A DNA stretch of 64,000 nt, taken from positions 2,477,319-2,541,318 of the forward strand of contig MU061579.1 in NCBI GenBank assembly GCA_013265495.1, given 5' to 3'. The first letter of the stretch is position 1. Every line of letters starts with the position of its first letter. The notes under the pieces were generated by a model. It was given only the letters and a program-made list of their open reading frames with translations. It had not been told where the DNA came from and did not search any database. Shown piece after piece: positions 53,140-64,000 of the stretch. Both the position numbers and the translations under genes were made by a program. This DNA is from Vicugna vicugna. Lineage: Eukaryota.

Positions 53140-53530
53140 TCTGTTCCCCTCCTTTGCATACTGTACCAGCTGTGTCTGGTACTCTCTTTGACAGGATTAT
53201 CTGCAAGGCTCATTCTCTTACTTTAAATGTCTACTGAAATGTCACATTATCAGAGAGGCCTCCCTTCCCTGACATCCTCTATCAATTAGCAACACTCACC
53301 CAGGTACCACTATCTCCCTTACCATGCCTTATTTTATATTAACAACTGAAACATTATCACATTCTTCATATATCTAATTTTTCTATCTAATACTCTTTTC
53401 CCCCAACACACACAAGTGTAAAATCCATTAGAACAGTGATTTTGGTTTGGTTTTCTGTGGATCTCTAGTCCCTGGAAGAGTGCTTGACATATGGTAGGCA
53501 CACAATAAATATTTATTGAATGACTGAGCA
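53140..53530 (+). mobile_element. L2 3' end
   Basis: aaatgtcacattatcagagaggcctccc...agtgcttgacatatggtaggcacacaataaatatttattgaatgactga. Confidence 0.88.
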
Positions 53531-54037
53531 AACTTACCAATGATCTGAGGGAGGTTTGAATTAAAAAATATAAGTAAAACGAACTTTGTAATTCTTTTAT
53601 CCCATAGCAGCTCACTTAATAAGCTTTTACATTTCTCCAGGAAATATTGAAAGCTCATACAATGAATACTTCATGTCAAAGTGCCAAAATTCCTTTGAGT
53701 TTTGCGAATACAACTTATTTTCAGAAAACAGTTTAACGGTGTCTATTGCAAGGAAATGCATTGGAGAGCCTGTCATGTCAAAACATGAAACAAGTATCTC
53801 AGATATGTAAATGCCTCTAAGAATCAAGGGATACTTCATTATATAAAAGCCAATTATCTAAAAATAGATAAATCCTAGTTACTTGTACAGCCAGTTTGGA
53901 AACTGGGAACCAACAATAAGCCAGTAACCAAGTTATTTTATCCACCTGTCTTAAATGTCTTGCACGCCATACATATGCATATATGGACATGTCAAAACCA
54001 TGTGAGATGACTTGAATTTTTTATCTTTTACCTTCAG

Positions 54038-54104
54038 ATTCTTCAAAAGAGTAGAGAAATTGATACGGCTAGAAAGAGCTTATCTAGAAGAATGTGAAGC
54101 TTGA
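54038..54104 (+). CDS. Candidate terminal coding exon of an unidentified gene (speculative)
   Basis: Strong acceptor ttttttatcttttaccttcag; open frame FFKRVEKLIRLERAYLEECEA-stop; ATTAAA/AATAAA at 54282-54294; peptide not recognised. Confidence 0.2.
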
Positions 54105-55863
54105 CAAATATCAATTCTAATAAGTTGAAATTTGACTACAAGTAACAATTTCTCTGTCCTTTTTGGCATAGCTTCAGAGGACAGCAGCTGGGACCCACAT
54201 ATCTCTGATTAGGCGATATGCTTGGGAATAATGCATTATTTGGAAAGTCATCTATTATATGTTGTACCTATTATATATTGAATTAAAAAATAAACTTTTT
54301 GGCAATTTGTATCATTGCCACCAGGAATTGATCATCTCTTCAGTAAAAATAGTTTTGACATTTCCAGCTGAATCCTGCCTCTTTGTATTATAAAATTGCA
54401 ACATTTCTAGAAATACTAAATGGAAAATGCCAAAGAATAAACTGAGATATGGTGCATACTGTTGCTTTATTTAATCAAAATGCAGCAAATAAAGACCTTC
54501 AAATCTGCATAGGGGGAACTTAATAATACATGAAAGACTATGTTAGCATTTATTTTAACATGAGTCTTTTGGAGATATAAAGACACTAGCAATACTTATA
54601 ATCTAGGGTAAAATTATGAACTGTGTAAAACATATGACAGTGTCCATCTGGGAATTAAGAAAAGTTTAGAGAGGCCTTTATATTAACTGATAAAAGTTAA
54701 ACCTCAAATTCAAGAAGTTTTACAGAAAGTGAAAGTATCTTCTAATAATAGAAGTTCTCTCATGAAATCTGGAGAAAGATTGGGTTTCATAGTGTCATCA
54801 GTGAACTTCCTGTAACACCATCTGCTTTCACTGTAAATTAATTTTGATCCGCATGTGTATATGTGTGTGTGTGTATAGATGGATGGAGAAACAAGTGGAT
54901 GAGATTTTTTTTTTGTTTGTAGATGTGTCAGACTTTGATATGCCCAGAGGGGAGTTTTTAACTCCATTGCAAATATATACAGTGCATTGAGTGAACTCAT
55001 GAGTAAGTTGTCAAGACAAACATTTAAAGTAAAGATGATTGAAAGAGTTTCAGAACTAATGAACTTCCTTCTGGAGTCACCATGTCTGTTAATGGTACCT
55101 CCTACCCACCCCCAAACATGTGGGGCTGATCTAAATACAGCATCCTACGGAACTTCAGAGTAGATTGTTAACTGTCCATGAACTGTGAAAGGCCACACAT
55201 GTGACCCCAAAACAGTGTTTGACAAGTATCACAATAATAGGACAATAATAGGAACAGTGTGTCTCAAACTTCTCAAACCTAATAGCCGAAGGGTAAGTGA
55301 ACTCAAGCATTGAGAATTGAGAGTCATAACATCCTGTTGGAATGTTGCAAGCTGGATGGTTCCCTTTTGAAGTTAATCATGAAAAACATATGATGTTTGT
55401 TTTAATATACAGTGTTTTAAATTATTAACAAATGGTGGGGTTTAGTTTCCTACTTATGTTAATAGTAAGTGGAAGATCAATTATTACATTGAATGTACCA
55501 ACTAAAAGAAATGAGCTGGGATTATAATAGGTGACATTCTAGCAAGTTTTTTCATTGCTATTTTTCCATAGTGTTTTCATAACCTAGCCTTACATTAATA
55601 CATAACTAAGTAATAACCGTTACTTTTTCATTTAATGTGATCAGGTAATTACTAAGGTGTATTGTCTAAGCAACTGGCCAATAAATAAAACATTGGTGGA
55701 AATTTAATTTTGGAGGGTGATGGGGAAGTGGGGAGGAAAATGCACAACTGTTTGCTCTGTGGTGAATGGAAAGAGTCTTTGATCCATGGGTCAGTCTCTG
55801 TGAGTGCTTCAGGGCAATAATCACCAAAACGTTTTTCAGTGAAGAAAAATAATTAGTGATGTT

Positions 55864-56735
55864 ATTATTATTTTTTTAAATGAAGTATTGTCAGTTTACA
55901 ATGTGTCATTTTCTGGTGTGCAGCATAATGTTTCAGTCATATGTATACATACATACATTCATTTCATATTCCTTTCATTATAAGTTATGACCAGATATTG
56001 AATATAGTTCCCCATGCTACACAGTAGAAACTTGTTGCTTATCTATTTTATATATAGTAGTTAATATTTGCAAATCACAAACTCCCAATTTATCCCTTCC
56101 CACCCCCTTTCCTTCAGTAACCATAAGATTGTTTACTATGTCTGTGAGTCTGTTTCTGTTTTGTAGGTGAATTCATTAGTGTCTTCTTTTTTTTTTATTT
56201 TTACATTCCACCTATGAGTGGTATCATGTGGTATTTTTCTTTCTCTTTTTGGCTTAGTTTACTTAGAGTGATGATCTTCAAAGTCATCCATGTTGCTGCA
56301 AATGGCATTATTGTATTGTTTTTTATGACTGGGTAGTATTCCATTGTCTAGATACACCACAGCTTCTTTATCCAATCATCTGTTGGTGGACATTTAGGTT
56401 GTTTCCATGTCTTGGCATTTTGTATATAGTGCTGCTATGAACACTGGGGTGCATGTATATTTTCAAATTGGAGTTCCCTCCTGATATATGCCCAGGAGCA
56501 GGATTGCTGGATTATATGGTAAGCCTATTTTTAGTTTTTTGAGGAATCTCCATATTGTTTTCCATAATGGCTGCACCAAACTGCATTTCCACCAACAATG
56601 TAGGAGGGTTCCCTTTTCTCCACACCCTCGCCAGCATTTATTGTTTGTTGACTTTTAAATTATGGCCATTCTGACTGGTGTGAGGTAGTATCTCATTGTG
56701 GTTTTGATATGCATTTCTCTGATAATTAGTGATAT
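55864..56735 (-). mobile_element. 5'-truncated L1 (end of ORF2 plus 3' UTR)
   Basis: Reverse complement of the same L1 region seen at 11800-12650, e.g. gccattctgactggtgtgaggtagtatctcattgtggttttg. Confidence 0.95.
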
Positions 56736-57997
56736 TCAGTGGTGATGCTACTCCTTACTTTCCCACTGAAGCTGTGATTTAAACCACATAGAGATGAATT
56801 AAGAGTTCCAGTCAGATCACAATCCTCAGGATCATTTCTCCCCATCCAGTTCCTACATTTTGTTGTCTTAGTACTTTTGCTGCCATATTGTTTTTTTAGT
56901 TTGGCTTTAAGCCATAAAAATATTGATAGTTTTTGCCTCGAAGTTGCTCTTTAAGAGTATTAAACCTTGGGAACATGTCCACAAAGCTACTCAACTTGGT
57001 GGGGTATGGCTCATTAAAGTGAAGACTAAATTCATTGTCTTAATTGAACTTTAAAGTCTTTGCTTCTTTTTTCTTTTTCTTTTTTTTTTCCCTCAAAAGG
57101 AAGAAATAAAATCAGCAACAAGAAAAACTCTGGCTCAAAAACTGTCAACACCTTCTATGTGCTGAAAAGGTGTGGCAAGGTGCCTTTGCAAATAACCACT
57201 TGTTTTTCTTTCCACACAACTTCCCTTTTTATCATTGCATTGACTACCTTGCGATAACTAAGAGATAATACCTTTGAGACATTATCCGTAATAATCTGAG
57301 TTTACAAAAATTTTGTTTTGAGATCCACTCACATTCTTTGGCTTCCTATGGATTTAGCTCCATCTGGGCATGGTTCCAGAACTGATTATTATTATTTTTT
57401 AAGGCTCATATTTGCTTGCTAAAAAAATTTACATACCTTAAAATATTTTTAACATCTCCTTTTCTGTAAAGCAACTTGCAAATTAATTTTTTGTAGAGAC
57501 TATTATATAAGCAAAATATAAATATAATAGCTACTATGATAAAAGAAACTATCTTTTAATCAATAGATCAAATATATCATTTAAATGCATCATTAGCTTT
57601 ATAAAATAAGGTCAGCTTTTCCAGCTAGGCTGCTTTTTAATACAAAGCTCATTTGTCTATAAAACCCAAAAACTTAACCAAAATCTCTCCTTATTACATA
57701 AGCTCTTCCTAGAAGATCATAAGGCTGATAAATAAAATTATAGCCTTTAAAAAATGTACATGTTGAATTGAACTTGTAAATGTATTATTTCTATGCCAGG
57801 CATCTCAAATTTAATTGAATAAAATTCTTATATTCATTCAACTTTTCATTTTTAATGAAAATGACTTTCAGATGTTGCCAGAGCAATGATTTCAAACATG
57901 TGGTAGATTGATTTCAACTATGTCTGCAATAATCCGCCCACTGCCATGTCATCTCTTCCCAATTTTGCTTCTCATACCGCCCATCAGGAGGTGCAGG

Positions 57998-58452
57998 CTC
58001 TATCCTGTGGCCACGGCAACAAACCACAAATTTTGAGACTAAAAACAACAAAAATTTATTCTCTTATGGTTCTGACTGCCAGAAATCAAAAATTAAGGTG
58101 TTTAACAGAGTCACACTCCTTCTGAAGGCTCTAGAAGAGAATCTTCCCCTATCTCTTCCAGCCTCTGGTGACTATCAACATTTCTTTGTGGCTGCTTCAC
58201 TCCAGTCTTGGCCGTTGACCTCGTGTGGCCTCTCCACTTCTCTGTCTGTGCCTTCTCCTCTTCTGTCCATTATAAGAACCCTTGTCATGAGGTTTGGAGC
58301 TTGCCTAAAGATATGCAGGATGGTCTCATTACAAGGTCCTTTAATTTACTTACATCTGCAAAGACCCTTTTTCCAAATAAGGTCCCATTCGAAGGATCTT
58401 GTTCTTAGAACATGGACATATCTTTTGGAAGGATGTTGTGTAACCCACTACA
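57998..58452 (-). mobile_element. MaLR LTR (MLT1B-like)
   Basis: aacaaaaatttattctcttatggttctg...ttctgaaggctctagaagagaatc...acatctgcaaagaccctttttccaaataaggtc...acccactaca. Confidence 0.85.
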
Positions 58453-58548
58453 CCAGTGTTTAAAAATCTGGACTCATTTTCTGATGAGCTTTGATAGTTA
58501 ATTATGGCAGAATAGACATTGGCTCAAGCGGCATTCAGCTCCTGCTTT

Positions 58549-59095
58549 TGTTAGAGGAGATTAGGTTCTTGTCACATCACAGAAAGAATTCAGAAATGAG
58601 ACATGGAGATCAAGAAATTAAAGTGATGAATTATTAAGGGTTAGATAGGACGCTTTTCTTCTACACATAGGGTTAAAAATGAATTGGTGGAATATTCATT
58701 GGGTAGGGAGGGCTCTGGGGTTGTATTTCCTGATTTCCATCCCAGCTCCACCTTCCCGAGGGGTGGAGGGATTTTTGCCCCTATTTAGTCTTGACTGGAA
58801 GTGTCATGGTGTCAATGCATGATGGGTACTTCTAATCTGCAAGGCTAATTTTACGGTGATGAGGGCATAATGTGCAAAAGGTTACATTCAGACATTGGAT
58901 TTTTCCTTTCACACATTTCTTTGCCTGCCTCTAGGATACTTGTCACCCAAAATGTGTGATTTCTTATCAATATGGAGGTTCCTGCTTTTCTCTGTCTGCT
59001 CAGGGACCCCCATTGTTCACAAGATATATGGTTTCCTGCTGTTTGGCCCATGTCCTCTTTCTCTGCTCATATCTAGGTATCTGCCTGCTCTGACA
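58549..59095 (-). mobile_element. ERV1-class solo LTR (547 bp)
   Basis: TG...CA termini; perfect 4-bp TSD cttt (58545-58548, 59096-59099). Confidence 0.88.
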
Positions 59096-59440
59096 CTTTT
59101 ACCTTCCTCGGACACAGCCCTAAGAGTATTATGCAAAAAATTCTCATCTAGCCTATTGAATCATGAAAAGCCATATGGAACAAAGTCAGAACTTTTACAG
59201 CAGAGGCACTCTTGACCTCCACACAGCCCAAGCTGCCAATTATGAATGGAGCTACCATAGCACTGAGCCTTAGTCAATCATCAGATAAATGTAGCTGCAT
59301 GTGGGAGCACAGAAAAGACCAGCAGAAGAATTGCCTGTCTAGGTCTAGCCAAAATTGTTGACAGAATAGTGAGCAAATTAAATAGTTTGTTTTAACTTAC
59401 CAAGTTTTGGGTGATTTTTTAAGCATTGATATAGATATTC

Positions 59441-59770
59441 GTACCTAGCAATAGGATAGTGCCATAACTAAAACCCCAAACAAGTGACATTGGCTTTGAG
59501 GCAGGATGGTGGGAATAGGCTGGAAAAATTGCAAGGCTGGAGAAATGGCAAATGAATTATTGGTGGACACTTGAAAAATGCTAACTGAGGCCAAAAAACT
59601 GTTGACCTTTATTACGTAGTTGTGAAAAAAAAATTGTCAAAATTATCATCCTTAGTAATATGGAAAATAGAAAAGTCTTCTAATGAACATATGAATCTGA
59701 CTAAGGAGATTTTCAAGCCATATTAAAAAGGTCAGTTGATTTATTTTAGTGTTTTCTCATAAGCTTCTGC
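59441..59770 (+). mobile_element. MaLR internal (MLT1-int) 5' fragment
   Basis: gtacc...gtgccataactaaaacccc...acattggctttgag directly follows the MLT1 LTR. Confidence 0.6.
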
Positions 59771-59814
59771 AGTCTCATGAAAAGACATTCTAAAGTACAC
59801 TTGGTAATAAACAT

Positions 59815-60260
59815 ATCATATCCATTGTTTATTGCTGTGTAACAAAACAACCCTGAAACTTGGAAGCTTGTAACTGTTTGGTAAGATTCTTCAGGTCAGC
59901 TTGGCTTAGGCTCAGCAAAGCAAGGCTTCTGCTGGTGTTGCCTAGGCAACTAGATCATGCAACTGTGTATCGGACAGCTTTATTGGGACTCAGTGATCTA
60001 AGAAGGCCTCACACATGTATCTTGAAGTTGGGGCTTGCTGTCTGATGGTTGCTCTAGAGGGCCCCAGATGAGCAAGTTGCCTTGCTTTGTGTGTGGCTGC
60101 CTTTCCTCTGTTAGGTATGTTAGGGCTTCTATGTGTAGTGATCTCAAGGCAAATTTCCAAGAGTGGGAGAATCAATGCTGTCAGATCTCTTGATAACAAA
60201 GCTCAGAAGTTGTAAAATATCACTTCTATTGAGTTAAAATACTTTACATCTCCTTGATAA
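59815..60260 (-). mobile_element. MaLR LTR (MLT1F/H-like)
   Basis: tttattgctgtgtaacaaaacaaccctgaaactt...ggcttaggctcagc. Confidence 0.65.
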
Positions 60261-61586
60261 TAAAGTACATATATTTAGTAAGAATCTAAATTATGCTATT
60301 TATAAATTTACTAACTATAGTTGGAGTAGTGTTAAGAGATTCATTTTAAAGTTCATTTCCTCCATTTGAAAGGTGACAATTTTTATTTCAACTTTCAATA
60401 ATTTAAAATGTCTTTGAATTTCCCTCATTTATTTGAATAAGTTCATACTTAGCCTCCATTTCCTCAAACTTTCTGTTTTAGCTTCTTATCTATGATCCAA
60501 ATTGAAAAATATAATTTAAAAAATACTTTAAAATTATTTTTAAAGTATTAAACAATAAAAATAAAGAAAACAAACAGGACACATTTTTTCAATTTTGAAA
60601 TGAAATAGTCAAACATCTGTTAACAGAAAATTTGGTAGAGCATAATTGTCAATGCATTTAGATTTGTGGGCATGTGTGTATGCATGTGTGTATGGGTATA
60701 TGCCTGTGTGATCATGAATGAAAATAATAATGCTAATTCATAAAACAATAAACTAAAAAAAATTTAATGGTGTTAGCCTCCCCATTTTCAAGCTTTTTTG
60801 ATTGGGTTTGTGGGTGAGGCCTAAGATTAGCTATAGCAACCAGTGAAATAGCACAATTCATTTTGGCTGAATGGGGGGCTCCAGTACTAATGCCATGGAT
60901 GCCATATGTTTCTTTTACAGCACAAAAATACCCAATATTCCAATATTCAACAGCATATAAATGTTAGTATGTTCACGAAAGAAAAGAAAGGATTAGATTA
61001 GCTACAACAGAAAGCTGGGTCTACAGTTTTGCTTGCCCAGTTTTAATGTCAAAAAAAAATTCCTTAAAATCTTTGAATAAAACCGATTTTTCCTTAAGGT
61101 TATATTTGGAAAATATATGGCCTTGCTTGTCCCCAGGCTAGCCTCTGGATAGCTCTGTTTTTAGCATATTCCAGTTTGAGAGCTGCAGCTTTACAGAATG
61201 GGCTGGGTGTGGTCTTTGTGGAATACATGGCCAAAGAGAAATGATAGCTTTGAGAAAGGCTTCAGAGGGTAGGATGGACATAGGATCAGGAATCCAAACC
61301 CAGAACTGGGTAAAATGCAAGGATGGAAGTCCAAAGTCAAGCAGCGCACCGGCAGGACCCATAGCAACAGTCATAATAGAAGCAGAAGCAGGGACTTCTT
61401 TTACAGCTAAATCTTGATGTTAAGGTTCAGTAAGGTTAACCTATCTTTTGAGGTATATATGAAGTTGGCTCAATCCTCCTACTTCTATTCTCTGGGTAGT
61501 CTCATGCTGTTCCCCAAATTCTGTGTATTTCTGTGCCCTTACATTCTGGTGGTTTCAAACCCTAACCCGACTGCATCCAGTCTTCT

Positions 61587-62081
61587 CTACTAGTTGCCTA
61601 TTGCTCCTGTAACAAATTGCCACAAACAGTGACTTCAGACAACATATGTTTATTATCTCACAGCTCTAGGGGTCAGAAGTGTCACAGGGCCAAAATCAAG
61701 GCATTAGCAGGGCTGCGTTCACTTCTAGAGGCTCAAGGGGAGTGATCTCCTGTAGCAACCTGTTTCTAGAGGCTGACCGTATTCCTTGTGTCCCCGCGCC
61801 CCTCCTCCATCTTTAAAGCCAGCAAGAGCGGGTTGAGACTCTGACATCGTATCACTCTGATGACCTCTTTGACCTCTCCCTTCCATTTTAAAGAGTCACT
61901 AGCATGACATTGGGCTTGTACAGATAATCAGGACATTCTCCCTTTTCTAAGGTCAGCTGATTTAGCAACCTTTCCTTCATCTGCTACCTTAATTTCTCTT
62001 TGCCATGGGAGGTCCCATATTCACAGGTTGCAGGGATGAGGATACAGACATCTCTGAAGGACCATTATCTTTCCCATCACG
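61587..62081 (-). mobile_element. MaLR LTR (MLT1D-like)
   Basis: ctattgctcctgtaacaaattgccacaaac...tttattatctcacagctctaggggtcagaagt...taaggtcagctgatttagcaacctt. Confidence 0.88.
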
Positions 62082-62769
62082 TCTTCCACAGCTGTTTTCT
62101 TTCTCTCATGCTAGATTTTGCCTTTTCTGGACCTCAGTCTCTGATTTCCATAAAAAATTCATAGGCATAAAAGACTGTTACAAATGTTGGGGATGACAGT
62201 TTACACTAATAAAACGAAACTATACAAAACATTAAATGTTTTTTATTTCCGAAAATGACCTCATGTCAACTGGGAAATATTCTTTTGTTTTTGTTTTTTC
62301 ACTCTTAGATGGAAGGAAAAGGATATTCTTGTTTTTTAATAATTTGGAAATGGGAATGTGTAGAGAAACCATGAGAAAAAACGTAGTCTCACATGATTGC
62401 TGTTTTGAACAGACACTGCTGGCAGCTGGGGTAGGTATGCCTCCATCCTGACGGTGGGGTGGGGCCCACCGCATTCACGACAGGTTGGCAGGCTCCTCGT
62501 CACACGGGTGTGAACATAAAATACCCTAATTTGGAACATTCTCACAAAACTTTGATTTTACAACAAGACTAAGAAAAACCTTTGGTTTAACCCTAATCTA
62601 AGTCTAAATCTAAGTCATGCTTGTGAAGTGCTGATGTTCTTTCGTTGGCAACCTTCCTGACAGTGAGCTGGAGTCGATAATGTGATACGATAGTTGATTA
62701 CACTTCAAATAATGGTGCCCCCTAAACCTTCATTTTGTTCTTTAGCAGTAGGATATAATTTTTAGGGTG

Positions 62770-63140
62770 GACAAAGACCCAAGGTATAAATGTTTATCAG
62801 TCAAACAGTCATGACAATCCTATAGCCCATGGCCAGTAATTGCCTTATTGGAGGTGGGGAGAAGACTCTGTGGCCACAAAGCCCCAATTATTCCAACTGT
62901 CTCTTGACCTGATCATAGAAACTCTCTTTCAACTCTGAGGTTAAATCATCTTCTGAGGATACCAGAGGGGAAGATGAAAAGAGGCTAGGTCCTTCATGGT
63001 ATCACTGAGCCCCTGGACCAAGACTGGAACTGCTTTCCAGTAATTAAGTGGACTCTGGATTGACCAAGAGAATAAACAAATGCCTTTATTGTTCAACCTA
63101 CTTTTATTTGGTATTCTGAGACTTCTGCCAAAGCATAATA
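62770..63140 (+). mobile_element. Old MaLR LTR (MLT1J/K-like)
   Basis: cactgagcccctggaccaa...aaatgcctttattgttcaacctac...gccaaagcata. Confidence 0.5.
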
Positions 63141-63221
63141 AAAGCTAGGAAGTTCTACTTAGAACAAGCAAGAGCATTATAAGAATTTAAAATGGGGAAA
63201 ATTTGAAAATCTGGAAGAAGC

Positions 63222-63613
63222 TATCTTAGCTCAAGCTGTATAACAAAATGCCACAGACTGGGTGACTCCAACAACAGATACTTTTTTCTCAAAGTTCTGG
63301 AGCCTGGGAAATTCAAGATCAGGGTGCTGACAGATTTGCATCCTGGTGAGAGCTTGCTTCCTGGATTGCGGATGGCCACCTTCTCACTGTGCACTGACGT
63401 GGCCTCACCTTCGTGTGCGTGTGACCCGAGCAAGAGTGGGCTCCCTGATATCTCTTCTTATAAGGACACTAAACCTAGTGGATCGGGGTCCTACTCTAAT
63501 GACCTCATTTAACCTTAATTATCTCCTTAAAGGCCCTGTCTCCAAATACAGTCACATTGGGGGTTAGGTTGTCAACATATGAATTTCAGGACACATAGCT
63601 TCAGTCCATATCA
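63222..63613 (-). mobile_element. MaLR LTR (MLT1A0-like)
   Basis: 5-bp TSD gaagc (63217-63221, 63614-63618); ataacaaaatgccacagactgggtg...ctccaaatacagtcacattgggggttagg. Confidence 0.9.
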
Positions 63614-63619
63614 GAAGCT

Positions 63620-63930
63620 AAATATATAAGTATATATAGTATATAAAAATGTCACATTTAATTATACTATATTTACTAAATTCATAATCAGATACAGTAG
63701 ATTATGTATAATATGGTATACAATGTATTATATATTATACATTTCATTACTTAATATATTAAGATAGCATACAATATATCTCTTATGAGAAATAATATAT
63801 AATGACATATATAGCATTTTAGGTCTAACAGGTAAAAGATTATATAGTATAGTTATAAATTATGTAATCTATTATCTATTGCATAAATTAACAATGTTAT
63901 GTACTAATTAAAATGTAATAATGCTCATAT
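63620..63930. repeat. AT-rich low-complexity tract
   Basis: Degenerate (TA)n-rich sequence. Confidence 0.75.
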
Positions 63931-64000
63931 TCACATATTTTTACCTACTTTTTAAACTTGGAAATGTGTTTAAAAATTCCACTTTTTAAAATCAATATTC

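Larger units (their letters stand above)
57899..59440 (+). mobile_element. MaLR LTR (MLT1G/H-like), interrupted by two younger LTRs
   Basis: tgtggtagattg...cccatcaggaggtg start; resumes at 58453 and 59096; ccagcagaagaattgcc...caagttttgggtgattttttaagca end. Confidence 0.65.

Noticed and set aside
58098..59215. 121-aa and 106-aa ORFs
   Set aside because: Both lie inside MaLR and ERV1 LTR sequence.
1..64000. A novel multi-gene system (operon, CRISPR array, defence island)
   Set aside because: This is mammalian repeat-rich non-coding DNA, with no gene-dense region, no repeat-spacer array and no long non-repeat ORF.

Overview
AT-rich, CpG-poor mammalian non-coding DNA, either a large intron or intergenic. 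Two tRNA-derived SINEs resembling the camelid Vic-1 family, plus the young L1 3' ends, point to a camelid (alpaca/llama/camel). No cellular protein-coding gene can be named. The only ORF with a recognisable protein is the C-terminal fragment of L1 ORF2 (11835-12332); the rest of the ORF track looks like noise from repeats and AT-rich DNA. The window is dominated by transposon fossils: old and young L1, MIR, L2, MaLR (MLT1) LTRs, several ERV1-class solo LTRs with 4-bp TSDs (plus two MER41-like copies), MER20 and MER104. It also holds a full-length U2 snRNA pseudogene (17402-17588, minus). I found no support for a new multi-gene system. The best leads are: a 112-bp local templated duplication inside an LTR; an ERV LTR transcript re-inserted with a poly(A) tail and L1-type TSD; a U2 retrocopy that may carry 3' read-through flank; STAT motifs in the MER41-like LTRs; and a possible plus-strand terminal exon near 54.0-54.3 kb. 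Repeat family names come from recalled consensus motifs, not a search. Boundaries without a TSD are approximate.
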